DNA of 64,000 nt from Nitrosopumilus sp. (GCA_965219345.1 OZ244732.1:1152001-1216000); one strand, 5' to 3'; counted from the first letter of the stretch, positions 50,068 through 61,386 are shown. A program made the numbers and translations. Notes: generated by a model not told the origin, from the letters alone.

Positions 50068-51204
50068 TTAGCTCACCAATTTTTTCAACTCTCCGCCAAT
50101 TAGAGTTTGTGCAGTTTTAATCGAACCTTTCATTCCTAGTAATCTTATGATGGAACTAGTATGAAAATCAAAATCATCTTTCTCTGAAATTTCTTTTATA
50201 ATCTCTGGTGTAATTGACTCAAATAGTTTATTGATTGTTTCATTGTCTACTCTCTCCAAAATCTTTCTTGCAAGTATCTGTTTTGTAAACTCTTTACCAA
50301 ATCTTTTTGTCCATTTTTTTTGATATTGTTCAAGATCTGACATGTTATTTGTTTTCAAAAACTCGGATATTGCCTGTCCTGCATAAACACCTCCCATTCC
50401 GCTGGTGAAAATTCCTCCTGCAGTAGTTGGTTTTGCCTGTCCTGCAGCATCTCCAATAGTTACTGTCTTTCCTTCTACAAAGTTTGCAATAGGACCTTTT
50501 ATCCAGATTGGAGCAAAAATTTTTCTAATTGTTGAATAATTTCCTTTTTCTTCAAGAATTTTATCTAGTGTTTCAGCTACGTTGATTCCTCTCCCGGCAA
50601 CTCCTACCTTGCCTTTGCCTTCATTAGATGGAATGACCCATGCAAAGAATCCTGGATATTTTTCTTGATCAAAAATTACTTCTACTTTTCCTTTCTTGAT
50701 CCAATCTGCATAAATTTCGTATTGCGCTGATAATAAAATTCCAGTTCTGTCTTTGTTTACAAGTGAGGAAACTCCTCTTGCATCAACAAAAATCTTACAA
50801 CCAATTATCTCTTCATTTGTTCTAATCCCTGTATCTGTAATCTCTTGAAAGCTTGTTCTGACTTTGATCACTGCGCCATTTTTCTGAGCTTGAAAAGCTA
50901 TCTGCTTATCTAACTCTCTTCGACTAATTTCAACTACTTTTTGTTTCTCCGAGTTAATTGTAAAACTATTCCCATTCGGTGCCGTGATTTCAGCAGATTC
51001 TATCATATGATCAAAAGTTTTTCTAAATGGGATTACTCCTAGTTCTTCTAATCCTGTCATGCTAACTAATCCCCCACAATGTTCGGGGGTTCCTATCTCA
51101 TAATCTTCTTCAATTACAAGTACTGAAAATCCCTCTGAAGCAATTTCTCTTGCACATAATAATCCTGCAACACTCCCTCCGGCAACTACTACGTCAAAGT
51201 TCAT
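50068..51204 (-). CDS. geranylgeranyl reductase-family FAD oxidoreductase
   Basis: VAGGSVAG, HCGG, FAWVIP, GDAAGQ.KPTTAGGI. Confidence 0.85.
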   Translation of the reverse strand: MNFDVVVAGGSVAGLLCAREIASEGFSVLVIEEDYEIGTPEHCGGLVSMTGLEELGVIPFRKTFDHMIESAEITAPNGNSFTINSEKQKVVEISRRELDKQIAFQAQKNGAVIKVRTSFQEITDTGIRTNEEIIGCKIFVDARGVSSLVNKDRTGILLSAQYEIYADWIKKGKVEVIFDQEKYPGFFAWVIPSNEGKGKVGVAGRGINVAETLDKILEEKGNYSTIRKIFAPIWIKGPIANFVEGKTVTIGDAAGQAKPTTAGGIFTSGMGGVYAGQAISEFLKTNNMSDLEQYQKKWTKRFGKEFTKQILARKILERVDNETINKLFESITPEIIKEISEKDDFDFHTSSIIRLLGMKGSIKTAQTLIGGELKKLVS

Positions 51205-51270
51205 AGATTTTGTTTCTTTGTCAATTATTTAACTCAAAAGTTTTTCATTGGGCCTGTGTTTCATTACAGT

Positions 51271-51624
51271 ATGGGAAACATCAAACAAGTAATTGTTGTT
51301 AGAACTGATCTAGACATGGGAAAAGGAAAAATAGCAGCCCAAGTGGGTCATGCCTGCGTTCTTGGATCCGAACATGTGAGAAAATCCCATCCTGAATGGT
51401 ACACTGAATGGTCGAATGGACAAGAGAAGGTCGTCCTTAAGGTTTCTAGTATCAAAGATTTACAGGAAGTAAAAAGGCACGCAATTGATCTGAATCTTCC
51501 ATGGTCTGAAGTCACCGATGCCGGACATACACAGATAGCTCCTGGAACAACAACATGCATCTCAATTGGCCCAGCTCCTGAAAACCTGATTGATAAAATA
51601 ACTGGCGATCTAAAATTACTATAA
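51271..51624 (+). CDS. pth2: peptidyl-tRNA hydrolase Pth2
   Basis: KQVIVVRTDL.MGKGKIAAQ..HA, DAGHTQI.PGT.T. Confidence 0.95.
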   Translation: MGNIKQVIVVRTDLDMGKGKIAAQVGHACVLGSEHVRKSHPEWYTEWSNGQEKVVLKVSSIKDLQEVKRHAIDLNLPWSEVTDAGHTQIAPGTTTCISIGPAPENLIDKITGDLKLL

Positions 51625-51676
51625 TTTGTACACTTGTTGGGAATAAGATATAACACGGCTAGATATTTTTTGAGAT

Positions 51677-53278
51677 ATGAAGAAGAAAGGACTCGTAGTG
51701 GTATTCTTTTTTGGTGGAATCATGGTAACGTCAGGGTTTGGACTGCAAAGCATGATGGGACCTCCTCCTGAAGACAGTCTGGAGTTCACAGTCACTGGAA
51801 CTCCAGCTGATAATTTTCCTGATGAACAACGTGCTCAATTTTGTGGTTCTGGTGATCCCAAATTTACTGACTATGTTCAAGAATTCTCAATTCCAACACC
51901 ATGCACAAATCCATTGGCAGTTGTAACAGATTATGATGGAAATGTTTGGTTCGCTCAAACAAATACTGGTAAACTAGCAAAATTTGATCCATCTACTGAA
52001 AGATTTACAGAGTATGACAATCCTTCATGGCCGCCAGGAGAACGTTCTATGATGTGGGGAATTGATTATGCGCCAGATGGTTCTGTATGGTTTACTGATG
52101 AAAGAACTGATTCAGTATGGAGGTTTTCAACTATTGATGAGAAGTATGAACGAATAGCATATCCTTCTGAAGGAAACTCTTTACCACAAAAACTCAAAAT
52201 TGATGGCTCTCAGATTATTATCAATGATTTTACTGGAAATAAACTCACATTATTAGATCCCAATCCCTCTAGCGGTGAAATAAACTATCTTAGCATTCCA
52301 TCCCCTGTTGATAATTCTGTAACTGCAGATTTTGCAGTTGACCCAAATGACAATATCTGGTTTACAAATTGGTTATTCCAACAAGGTGGGGTTTTAGTAA
52401 AATTTAATCAAAATGGATATCGTGATTTATCTACAAATTCTGGTGAACAATTTCTTCCTTTACAAGATTTTGTTGAAGTCTATCAATTGCCGCCAGAACT
52501 ACTTACTCCAAACGGTGCTGTGGTAGATGATGATGGAACTATTTGGTTAACAGATACTACGTCATCTTCCTTCTTCAATTTTGATCCTTTCACTGAACAA
52601 TTCACTCAATATGTTACATCTGAACCCCAACTTAGTACATATGGAAATCAAACAGGAGTTGTAACGTCCCCCATTTCTAGACCTTATTGGATTGAAACTG
52701 ATGGACTAGGACGCATTGTTTTCAATGAACAAACTGCAAACAACATTTCTGTAATGGATCCAAAATCCCAATCTCTTGTGGAATATCACGTTCCTTCTAA
52801 GAACCCTTACTGGGGTGATTGTAATCCTGGAACTGGTATAATGTCAGCTAATTGCGGTATAGCTCAAATCTTTGACTTTGCAATTTATGGTGAAAAAATT
52901 TGGTTTACTGAATGGGTAGAAAATAATATTGGAGTAGTTGATACCTCCGTTCCATTACCAATTGAAATTCAACTAGAATCTGATTCCTTAACTCTTACGC
53001 CTGGAGATTCACAACACCTAGACTTTGTTGTATCTCCTACGTTACAAAAAGATCTGTTTGATGTTTCATTGATTCTAATCACAACTCATGATTTTCTAAA
53101 TATTGATCTTACTAGTGGCACTCCTGAAATATTCCAATTAGATTTTGATGGATCAAGACACATTCTCACAACTATCTCAGCCTCAGAAGATGCTATACCT
53201 GGCACATACAAAGTTCTACTGGGAGCACAATCTCCTGATATTGCAATTAGCAAATTTGTTACAGTGACAATAGAGTGA
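51677..53278 (+). CDS. secreted Vgb-lyase-like beta-propeller protein
   Basis: Repeated DG.VWFT/A blades, signal peptide. Confidence 0.75.
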   Translation: MKKKGLVVVFFFGGIMVTSGFGLQSMMGPPPEDSLEFTVTGTPADNFPDEQRAQFCGSGDPKFTDYVQEFSIPTPCTNPLAVVTDYDGNVWFAQTNTGKLAKFDPSTERFTEYDNPSWPPGERSMMWGIDYAPDGSVWFTDERTDSVWRFSTIDEKYERIAYPSEGNSLPQKLKIDGSQIIINDFTGNKLTLLDPNPSSGEINYLSIPSPVDNSVTADFAVDPNDNIWFTNWLFQQGGVLVKFNQNGYRDLSTNSGEQFLPLQDFVEVYQLPPELLTPNGAVVDDDGTIWLTDTTSSSFFNFDPFTEQFTQYVTSEPQLSTYGNQTGVVTSPISRPYWIETDGLGRIVFNEQTANNISVMDPKSQSLVEYHVPSKNPYWGDCNPGTGIMSANCGIAQIFDFAIYGEKIWFTEWVENNIGVVDTSVPLPIEIQLESDSLTLTPGDSQHLDFVVSPTLQKDLFDVSLILITTHDFLNIDLTSGTPEIFQLDFDGSRHILTTISASEDAIPGTYKVLLGAQSPDIAISKFVTVTIE

Positions 53279-54471
53279 TACCAAATTTAGATTCTAAAGT
53301 AGGTATTTCTATTTACAGTACAGAGTTTAGTGGAATTGGAGGGAAAATTAGAGTTGAACCTGAAGATTTCCAAGTAACTGAATTAATTTCTCAAAGAGCA
53401 CAAAACTCCATTAATGATCAAGAAGGTTATGCTGTTTACAAATTAAAAAAGAAAAAGATTGATACTAACCATGCTTTATCTGATGTTTTTAGAAAAAAAG
53501 GAACTCGCTTAAAGGCTCTAGGACTAAAAGATGCATCCGCTATAACAGAACAATTTGTTTGCTCTGGAAATAAAGGAAAAACAATTGAAAATTTTTCAAC
53601 TAACAAATATTCTCTTGAAAAAATCGGCTTTGTAAAAAAACCATTATCAAAAAAAGATATGATATCAAATCATTTTAAAATTAAAATCTCTGATTGTTCT
53701 GATGATTTGTCTTCTTTTAGTGAACATACTAAAATTCTGAACTTTTATGGCTATCAACGCTTTGGTTCCAAGAGACCCGTGACTCATCTTATTGGAAAGG
53801 CAATTCTGCAGAAAGATTTTAAAAAAGCTGTTGAATTGATTTTATCTTTTACATCTCCTTATGACTCGAAGGAAAATACTGAGATTCGTGAAAAACTCTC
53901 TGATAAGGAGAACTATAAAAAATATTTTGACCAGGTTCCATATCAAATGGATATCGAAAGAATTGTTCTAAAAGAAATGATTGAACATGGTGATGCCCTT
54001 CGTGCAATTCGCTCAATTCAGATATCATTGCGTAGATTTTACGTTCAGGCCTACCAGTCTTTTCTCTTTAATCAGTCTTTAAGTACAGCCTTTTCTGATG
54101 GCGAAAACCTGTTTGAAGCACGACCAAGTGATATTTGTTTTGATTTTCATGGAGTGATTGGAAAATATGTGAAAGGAATGGAACAACGATTAGCATTGCC
54201 GTTTGTTGGATACTCTTATTACAAAAAAACAAGATTTGATTATCAAATCTCCAAAATATTGGAACAGGAAGAAATTGCTCCGAAAGACTTTTTCATAAAA
54301 GAGATGCAGGAAGTAAGTAGTGAGGGAGGTTTTAGACAAGCTGCCATATGTTGTTCTGACTATTTATCCAATGATACTATCGTAGAGTTTTCATTATCTC
54401 GAGGTTCTTTTGCAACAATCCTATTAAGAGAAATAATGAAACCAGAAGATCCAATAATTGCAGGTTTTTGA
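53275..54471 (+). CDS. truD: tRNA pseudouridine(13) synthase
   Basis: EDF.V.E, GLKD..A.T.Q, NFYGYQRFG, AYQSFLFN, F.L.RGSFAT..LRE. Confidence 0.93.
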   Translation: MIPNLDSKVGISIYSTEFSGIGGKIRVEPEDFQVTELISQRAQNSINDQEGYAVYKLKKKKIDTNHALSDVFRKKGTRLKALGLKDASAITEQFVCSGNKGKTIENFSTNKYSLEKIGFVKKPLSKKDMISNHFKIKISDCSDDLSSFSEHTKILNFYGYQRFGSKRPVTHLIGKAILQKDFKKAVELILSFTSPYDSKENTEIREKLSDKENYKKYFDQVPYQMDIERIVLKEMIEHGDALRAIRSIQISLRRFYVQAYQSFLFNQSLSTAFSDGENLFEARPSDICFDFHGVIGKYVKGMEQRLALPFVGYSYYKKTRFDYQISKILEQEEIAPKDFFIKEMQEVSSEGGFRQAAICCSDYLSNDTIVEFSLSRGSFATILLREIMKPEDPIIAGF

Positions 54472-54531
54472 GATCTATTTTACTGAAATAATTCTTTAGA
54501 TGTCTTTAAGTTAGCCTATTTTTTAGAAAAT

Positions 54532-54771
54532 ATGATTGAAATGGATAAAGCTTACATGTTAATTAGTTGTGAAATGGGAGAAGAACAGTTACTATATTCG
54601 CAACTAAAAGAGATTCCTGAAGTCAAAGATTGCACGATAACTTTTGGCAGTTATGATGTTGTTGCTGAATTTGTCACCGACACTCCTTCACAAATGAATG
54701 AAATAATTATATCTAAAATTAGAAAACTCCAAAAAATTAAAAGCACAATTACCCTTCGTGTGATAAACTAA
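54532..54771 (+). CDS. Lrp/AsnC ligand-binding-domain protein
   Basis: AYMLI...G.YDVVA...IR.L..I.ST.TL. Confidence 0.85.
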   Translation: MIEMDKAYMLISCEMGEEQLLYSQLKEIPEVKDCTITFGSYDVVAEFVTDTPSQMNEIIISKIRKLQKIKSTITLRVIN

Positions 54772-54977
54772 CTTCTTTTGATTTTATTAATCCCTGTTCC
54801 TACTACAACTATGATTATTCCTAATACTGTAATTTGAACACCATAAGTAACCCAATCTGGATTTGAATACATAAAAGAGGATTCTGGTCCTAATATCGAT
54901 TTTCCTTGAAGATGGAAGATTAGGCCAAAAATCAAGATAATTATGCCTATTATGACTAATGGTTTTGCTCCTTTCAC
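54768..54977 (-). CDS. small two-TM membrane protein
   Basis: QG..ILGP.SSFMY.NP.W between two TM helices. Confidence 0.6.
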   Translation of the reverse strand: MKGAKPLVIIGIIILIFGLIFHLQGKSILGPESSFMYSNPDWVTYGVQITVLGIIIVVVGTGINKIKRS

Positions 54978-55041
54978 GAAGAATCTATTTGATTTCAGGT
55001 AAAAAGGGTAAACAGAATTGATAATTTGACCAAATGATTTT

Positions 55042-55767
55042 TTGATTTGGTCTTTAATGATTTTCTTAATAAATCAAAAGATGTACAACTGGAATAGTCT
55101 ATCAGAGTCAAATGGTCACAAACATCTGGGTTTGATATTATTTGGTATGGCTGCTTCACTCGCAGTAATTTTATTTCTGATTTTTCACCCTCAAATTGAG
55201 TCTATCAACAAGGAATCTCCTATCTTGATCAATATTATGTTCATTCCTGCTATGGCGGTGGGGTTTCTTTATGGAGTTAGAATTACAGAACGTGCAGTCA
55301 ACCCTTCAGAAATTCGCGGTGGATTAAAAAGATCAATTGTAAAAATCTTCTTGTTCTTGTTTGTAATTGGCGGTATGTTCAGTTCTGTAAACTTTGCAAT
55401 AAATGGAGGCAGTGTAATGCCTGATGTCACAATTTTAGATGATGGACTTTTGATTTGGTTAAATGCATTTATTACAGTAAATGGCGGGGCAACTTTTCTG
55501 ATAATTACTAGCATTGCATTGATGGCAGCAGCTTCCAAAAGAATTGTTGGAATGGACTTTGGATTTTTAAATAGAATGGTAACATTTGTTGGAACATTTG
55601 TATTCTTTACGATGCTTGTTCTAAGTTTTACAAAATCTGATCCAACATCATCAGGTGTTTTCTTGTATACCTTTTATCAAGCAGGAATTGTTGGTGGTGC
55701 ATTTTATGCAATGAATAGACTAACAAAAAATAAAAACATGCTAGAAGACTTTAGTAAAGGATACTAG
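55042..55767 (+). CDS. multi-pass membrane protein (start uncertain)
   Basis: About 6 TM segments. Confidence 0.6.
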   Translation: MIWSLMIFLINQKMYNWNSLSESNGHKHLGLILFGMAASLAVILFLIFHPQIESINKESPILINIMFIPAMAVGFLYGVRITERAVNPSEIRGGLKRSIVKIFLFLFVIGGMFSSVNFAINGGSVMPDVTILDDGLLIWLNAFITVNGGATFLIITSIALMAAASKRIVGMDFGFLNRMVTFVGTFVFFTMLVLSFTKSDPTSSGVFLYTFYQAGIVGGAFYAMNRLTKNKNMLEDFSKGY

Positions 55768-55769
55768 TT

Positions 55770-56018
55770 TTAGTCATCTAGATCTATATAAATTCCTGAG
55801 ATATCATTGTTGATTCTATCCCAGTATTTTTCACAACCATCGGATTTGAAATCATTCTCCTTACATTCATTGAAATGAGCTGTATTTCCTCTTTGTATGT
55901 TATCTGCAAAAAGCACATCATTACCAATTGCTAATCCTATAAGAGCAACTGCTACAAGACTAGCGGCAACCACAATCATGGCAAATCCTACTTGTGCATG
56001 ATTGCCATATCCTGTCAT
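55770..56018 (-). CDS. small membrane-anchored hypothetical protein
   Basis: One TM helix plus a Cys pair. Confidence 0.55.
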   Translation of the reverse strand: MTGYGNHAQVGFAMIVVAASLVAVALIGLAIGNDVLFADNIQRGNTAHFNECKENDFKSDGCEKYWDRINNDISGIYIDLDD

Positions 56019-56139
56019 TTACAAAAAATCCCTAACTCTCGAATTTAATCTTTTCAAGTTTGGATTTTGCGATCAAATTAGTGATACTAGTATAGTTTTT
56101 TGGGAAAAAAAGAAAAGAAAGCACTCAAAACTACCATCA

Positions 56140-56637
56140 TTGAGCATTCAAATCCTCCAGTTTGAGTTTTTAGGACCTGTTCCTCTTGATGAATGGGGAC
56201 CTCCTATGGAAAAAGTGGTATACTTGATCTTTTCTAGAGACAAAGACAAATTCAATATTGTTTATGTTGGTGACTGTGAAAAGACTGATGACAAGTCTTT
56301 TTTTGTTCAACATTCACATTTCAAATGTTGGGTTCAACAATCCAGGTCTGAAAAATCTTTGTACCTTGGAATATTGCCTATGTTTGAATCGAATAGTAGT
56401 GCTAGACAAAATGTACTCAATAAAATAATGACTTACTACAAACCACCTTGTAACTCAAAAAAACCTGAAGTAAAACCTGATTATGTTGTTAGAAAAACCG
56501 AAGAACCAAATTTAGAGCAAGAAAAATTTTCCTGTCCGTGTTGTGGTTCTGAAATGAAATCTGAAAAAATTCTTGAAAGATCTACTCTCTATCGTTGTAC
56601 TGGTTGTGGGATAAGTGATACCAAGCTTAACTCTTGA
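56140..56637 (+). CDS. GIY-YIG-like domain protein with a C-terminal zinc ribbon
   Basis: VVYLI...IVYVG, YKPPCN, CPCC...CTGC. TTG start at 56140. Confidence 0.55.
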   Translation: MSIQILQFEFLGPVPLDEWGPPMEKVVYLIFSRDKDKFNIVYVGDCEKTDDKSFFVQHSHFKCWVQQSRSEKSLYLGILPMFESNSSARQNVLNKIMTYYKPPCNSKKPEVKPDYVVRKTEEPNLEQEKFSCPCCGSEMKSEKILERSTLYRCTGCGISDTKLNS

Positions 56638-56860
56638 CTTTGTTTTGTACATCAAACAATTGCAACATTAACAGGTCCATACCTTTTTTCAAATGCTGAA
56701 ATTCATTAATTGAATGCATTTGGCCTTCCACTAGAGATCTCATGATCTTGATTGAATTTTTTTGATAATCATCTGATGCAACAATTTCCATGGCATTAAG
56801 TTTTGATAATATGTTATCCAGATCTTTAATCATTTCATCTGATGGTTTGTGTTTATCCAT
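56627..56860 (-). CDS. hypothetical helical protein
   Basis: Intact 77-aa ORF. Confidence 0.6.
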   Translation of the reverse strand: MDKHKPSDEMIKDLDNILSKLNAMEIVASDDYQKNSIKIMRSLVEGQMHSINEFQHLKKGMDLLMLQLFDVQNKVKS

Positions 56861-56893
56861 AACTTATCTTGAAAGATTTTGATATATGAATCG

Positions 56894-57046
56894 TTACAAC
56901 AGATCTTCATCAATCTTTTGGATTGGATCCAAGAATTGCTGGCATGTGCATGTTGGGATTTGACATTTACCTACCTTAATCATTGAACTGCTATCTTCAT
57001 TTGGAATGTGTACTTCGTCTGTATGATGACATCTCTTACAATTCAT
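56894..57046 (-). CDS. 50-aa Cys/His-rich small protein
   Basis: Not in the ORF track. MNCKRCHHTDEVH...GKCQIPTCTCQQF...DEDLL, co-oriented with its neighbours. Confidence 0.65.
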   Translation of the reverse strand: MNCKRCHHTDEVHIPNEDSSSMIKVGKCQIPTCTCQQFLDPIQKIDEDLL

Positions 57047-57082
57047 ATCAAAAAATCACTTTTCCCAATATTTAAGCCCAAA

Positions 57083-58117
57083 TCAAGGAATCAGAACTGC
57101 TCTTGCCTCAATTTCTGAATCTTTTAATTTTTTGAGTACTTGATTTGCGCTTTCCAATGGAAATGTTTGAGAAATCACTTCGATGTTTTTTTCATCACAT
57201 ATCTTAATTACTTGTTCCATGTCTTTTGTTGTACCTATTAGAGTTCCCCTGATTGTCTTTTCTTCAAATGCCATGAATGCTGGATTTTCTCCAACCGTTG
57301 CAATTACAATCAATCCTCCCTTCTTTACTGATTTAATTGCAGTATCTGTAACAATATCTGCTGGTGCAAAAACTATGGCAGCATCTAGCATTCCATGTTT
57401 TTCTTTTAATTTACCTAGAAACTCTTCTTGATTTTCAGAAAAAGTCATTGTATCTATTGCACCTAATCTTTTTGCAACATCTAGATGATTTTGAGCTCGG
57501 GAAAATGCGATGACATCACAATTTTCTACCTTGGCAAATTGAACTGCCATGTGGCCAACTCCACCAATTCCAAAAATTCCAATTTTTTTATTTGGTTTTG
57601 GTTCTGCAGCTTTGACTGCTTTGTATGCTGTGATTCCAGCACAAAACAATGGTGCAGCATATTCTGGTTTCATACTTTCTGGAACTTTTGTTGCAAAATC
57701 CTCTGCCACTGTAATGTATTCCGTATATCCTCCCTTGAAAGATTCTCCTGTTATTGTCGATGATTCACAAAGATTCTCTTTTCCTTCTTTGCAATATTGA
57801 CAATCTTTACATGACTCAAGAAGTGGAGTAATCCCCGCCCTATCTCCAACTTTGAATTTAGTTACATCATCTCCAAACTGAACTACTTTTCCAACCAGTT
57901 CGTGACCTGGAACTGTTGGGAGAGTTGGTGGAATTCCTATGTCTTTCCAATCTCCTTCAATTCCGTGAAGCTGAGAGTGACAAACCCCACATGCCTCAAT
58001 TTTTAGTAAAATCTCATTTGGCCTTTGAATTTCATGCCTATCTATCTCAGTTAGTTTCAATGGGTTTGTCTCTATTTTAGCACATTCAGAAAGTACCATT
58101 GCACGCATCTTTTCCAT
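57083..58117 (-). CDS. zinc-dependent alcohol dehydrogenase
   Basis: CGVCHS, PGHE..G, CxxCxxC...C, GIGGVG. Confidence 0.92.
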   Translation of the reverse strand: MEKMRAMVLSECAKIETNPLKLTEIDRHEIQRPNEILLKIEACGVCHSQLHGIEGDWKDIGIPPTLPTVPGHELVGKVVQFGDDVTKFKVGDRAGITPLLESCKDCQYCKEGKENLCESSTITGESFKGGYTEYITVAEDFATKVPESMKPEYAAPLFCAGITAYKAVKAAEPKPNKKIGIFGIGGVGHMAVQFAKVENCDVIAFSRAQNHLDVAKRLGAIDTMTFSENQEEFLGKLKEKHGMLDAAIVFAPADIVTDTAIKSVKKGGLIVIATVGENPAFMAFEEKTIRGTLIGTTKDMEQVIKICDEKNIEVISQTFPLESANQVLKKLKDSEIEARAVLIP

Positions 58118-58190
58118 AATCTCAAAAATTAAGCACGAAATTTTAAGATTCGCACATTAGAAAAATAAAGGACTGATATTGTACCATACC

Positions 58191-58424
58191 ATGACTCAAA
58201 TTTCAAATGAAGATCGTGAAAGAGTTAAACTATTACGACTTGTTTCAGACTCCAAAAATGAATTCAAAAAACTCTCCTTGGAACAATTAAAACGCTTGGA
58301 AGAACTAATTGAAAAAAAAGATTACAGTCATGACAAAAAAGCTCACAAATCAAAAGTGAAATTACTTAAAAAAATTAATGTTAGGATTTACGAAATAACA
58401 GAAGGAAGAAGTATATGGGGATAA
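58191..58424 (+). CDS. small basic hypothetical protein
   Basis: Intact ORF ending EGRSIWG. Confidence 0.6.
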   Translation: MTQISNEDRERVKLLRLVSDSKNEFKKLSLEQLKRLEELIEKKDYSHDKKAHKSKVKLLKKINVRIYEITEGRSIWG

Positions 58425-58467
58425 TCAAACCAATTAAGTACAAATATCCTAATGATTTTGATTAACT

Positions 58468-60495
58468 ATGGCAGAAAACAGTCTAATTAATGAATCAAGT
58501 CCATATTTGCTTCAGCATGCACACAACCCTGTTGATTGGTATGCATGGAATAATGAAACACTAAAAAAAGCAAAAGATGAAAACAAGCCAATTTTTCTGA
58601 GTATTGGATATAGCTCATGTCACTGGTGTCATGTAATGGCACACGAATCATTTGAAAATGATGAAGTTGCAAAATTTATGAACGAAAATTTTGTGAACAT
58701 AAAGGTTGATAGAGAAGAGAGACCTGATATTGATGATATTTATCAAAAAGTTTGTCAGATGGCAACTGGTCAAGGTGGTTGGCCATTGAGTATCTTTCTA
58801 ACTCCAGATCAAAAGCCATTCTATGTTGGAACTTATTTTCCTGTATTGGATTCTTATGGACGTAAAGGATTTGGAAGCATTTGCAGACAACTCTCACAAG
58901 CATGGAAAGAAAAACCAAAAGATATTGAAAAATCTGCTGAGAGCTTTCTTGATGCACTACATAAAACCGAAACTCGCACGGTTTCGTCAAAATTAGAACG
59001 AATCATCCTTGATGAGGCTGCCATGAATTTGTTTCAAATAGGCGATTCAAGTTTTGGTGGATTTGGTTCTGCTCCTAAATTCCCTAATGCTGCAAATATT
59101 TCGTTTTTGTTTCGATATGCAAAACTTTCAGGTCTCTCAAAATTCAATGAATTTGCGCTCAAAACTCTCAATAAAATGGCAAAGGGCGGAATCTTTGATC
59201 AAATTGGAGGTGGTTTTCATAGATATTCAACTGATGCAAAGTGGTTGGTTCCTCATTTTGAAAAGATGCTTTATGACAATGCTCTGATTCCTGTAAACTA
59301 TGCAGAAGCCTACCAAATAACAAAAGACCCTTTCTATCTTGATGTATTACAAAAAACACTTGATTTTGTACTACGTGAAATGACTCTGCCAGAGGGTGGA
59401 TTCTATTCTGCATATGATGCAGACTCTGAAGGAATAGAAGGAAAATTCTACGTCTGGAAGAAAAGCGAAATCAAAGAAATTCTTGGCAATGATGCTGATC
59501 TCTTTTGTCTTTATTATGATGTTACTGATGGAGGGAATTGGGAAGGAAACAATATCCTGTGTAATAATCTCGATATCTCTAATGTTGCTTTCAATTTTGG
59601 AATCCCAGAAGAGAAGGTTAGAGAGATTTTAAAATCATGCTCTGAAAAATTATTAAAAGTTCGTTCAATGAGAGTTTCTCCAAGTTTAGATGATAAGATT
59701 TTAGTTTCATGGAATTCATTAATGATTACCGCATTTGCAAAAGGCTATCGTGTAACAAACAATCCAAAGTATCTGAATGCTGCAAAAACCTGTATTGCAT
59801 TTATTGAAAGTAATCTTTTTGCGGATGGAAAACTATTACGAACTTACAAAAATGGAACTGCAAAAATTGATGGATATCTTGAAGACTACTCTTATTTTGT
59901 TAATGCATTATTAGATGTATTTGAAATTGAACCTGAACCAAAATATCTTAAACTAGCTTTGAAACTGGGACATCATTTAGTTAATCACTTTTGGGATTCT
60001 GAGAACAATAGCTTTTTTATGACTTCAGATGATCATGAGAAACTAATCATTCGACCAAAAAGCAATTATGATTTATCTTTGCCCTCAGGAAATTCTGTTT
60101 CTGCTTTTCTAATGCTCAGATTGTATCATCTATCTCAAGAGCAAAATTTCCTTGAGATTGCTACCAAAATTCTGGAATCTCAGGCACAAATGGCAGCTGA
60201 AAATCCCTTTGGATTTGGATATCTACTTAACACCATTTCTATCTACTTGCAAAAACCTGTGGAAGTTACCATTATCAATACAGAAAATTCCGAGCTCTGC
60301 AAATCTCTTCTTACAAACTATTTGCCCAATTCCTTTATGGTTATAATTCAAAATTCCAACCAGTTAGAAAGTCTGTCTGAGTATCCTTTCTTTACTGGAA
60401 AAAGTTTTGAAGCTAAAACTTCAGTTTTTGTTTGTAAAGATTTTTCTTGTTCTTTACCATTACACACAATTGATGAAATAAATTCACATCTTTAG
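58468..60495 (+). CDS. thioredoxin-domain protein YyaL/SPATA20 family
   Basis: [41 protein letters not shown]. Confidence 0.92.
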   Translation: MAENSLINESSPYLLQHAHNPVDWYAWNNETLKKAKDENKPIFLSIGYSSCHWCHVMAHESFENDEVAKFMNENFVNIKVDREERPDIDDIYQKVCQMATGQGGWPLSIFLTPDQKPFYVGTYFPVLDSYGRKGFGSICRQLSQAWKEKPKDIEKSAESFLDALHKTETRTVSSKLERIILDEAAMNLFQIGDSSFGGFGSAPKFPNAANISFLFRYAKLSGLSKFNEFALKTLNKMAKGGIFDQIGGGFHRYSTDAKWLVPHFEKMLYDNALIPVNYAEAYQITKDPFYLDVLQKTLDFVLREMTLPEGGFYSAYDADSEGIEGKFYVWKKSEIKEILGNDADLFCLYYDVTDGGNWEGNNILCNNLDISNVAFNFGIPEEKVREILKSCSEKLLKVRSMRVSPSLDDKILVSWNSLMITAFAKGYRVTNNPKYLNAAKTCIAFIESNLFADGKLLRTYKNGTAKIDGYLEDYSYFVNALLDVFEIEPEPKYLKLALKLGHHLVNHFWDSENNSFFMTSDDHEKLIIRPKSNYDLSLPSGNSVSAFLMLRLYHLSQEQNFLEIATKILESQAQMAAENPFGFGYLLNTISIYLQKPVEVTIINTENSELCKSLLTNYLPNSFMVIIQNSNQLESLSEYPFFTGKSFEAKTSVFVCKDFSCSLPLHTIDEINSHL

Positions 60496-60812
60496 ATTTT
60501 TTTCAAATCTACTTCAATTGTATTCCCAACTTGGGGCCTTCCAATATTGCTATATCTTGATTTTGGCATTGTTATTACGATTTGTGTTTGTTGATAGGTT
60601 TTGATATTGACATTTGGTTGAGCTTGTAATATTGCTTCTAGCAATGGCATTACCTGTTCTTTAGTTTCTGAATCAAGCTTTTTTGAAACATTTTCAATAA
60701 TCATTTGTTTCTGTGAAACTGGCTCAGTAGAGACATTTTCAATTAATGTTAATTGAACCATTTGAGCATTATCCACTATTTGTGAAATTTTAAATTCATT
60801 TGTTTCTGACAA
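60492..60812 (-). CDS. hypothetical protein
   Basis: ORF from TTG 60812. Confidence 0.6.
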   Translation of the reverse strand: MSETNEFKISQIVDNAQMVQLTLIENVSTEPVSQKQMIIENVSKKLDSETKEQVMPLLEAILQAQPNVNIKTYQQTQIVITMPKSRYSNIGRPQVGNTIEVDLKKI

Positions 60813-60843
60813 TGTCTTATTTGATTTTCTTGATGATTTATCT

Positions 60844-60936
60844 TTAACGAATAGAGAAATACAGCGCAAACACAGCTATCCCAACAGCTGAGATTACTCC
60901 TAGACCAAAGATGATTTTACTCCCATCTATCTTCAT
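60844..60936 (-). CDS. 30-aa single-TM peptide
   Basis: MKIDGSKIIFGLGVISAVGIAVFALYFSIR. Confidence 0.45.
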   Translation of the reverse strand: MKIDGSKIIFGLGVISAVGIAVFALYFSIR

Positions 60937-60988
60937 AGTTCTTTTTCTTACAAATACCATTAAACTGTAACTAATTTTCTGCCGAATC

Positions 60989-61312
60989 TTAATCGGATTT
61001 GTTTTCTGATTCCTTTTCACCAGCTTGAACTTCAGAGGACCCAAGTATGGATTTTTTGATTTTAGGGGCTTGCTCTTTTATTATTTGATTAAATTCTTGC
61101 ATATCTTCTAAACTTGGTGTCTCTTCTTGGTTTTGACATGCTTGCAAAAATCCAGAATAAACACATCCTGTGATGATTCCAAAAGCCGTGTCTGGAACAG
61201 ATTCTACCTCTGGCACAAAATTTTCTGCAATCTGTCTATATGATTCTGATTCACTAATGTAGTAATCAATCAAACTACCGATGAAATCCTTATTCTCTCT
61301 AGAAATTGCCAT
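60989..61312 (-). CDS. hypothetical protein
   Basis: Intact 107-aa ORF. Confidence 0.65.
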   Translation of the reverse strand: MAISRENKDFIGSLIDYYISESESYRQIAENFVPEVESVPDTAFGIITGCVYSGFLQACQNQEETPSLEDMQEFNQIIKEQAPKIKKSILGSSEVQAGEKESENKSD

Positions 61313-61386
61313 GACTTTTTCTATTTTCCCTAGTTTATTTAATTGTCTTCGATAAATCGTTTATTTATTCATAAATTATTTTCTAG

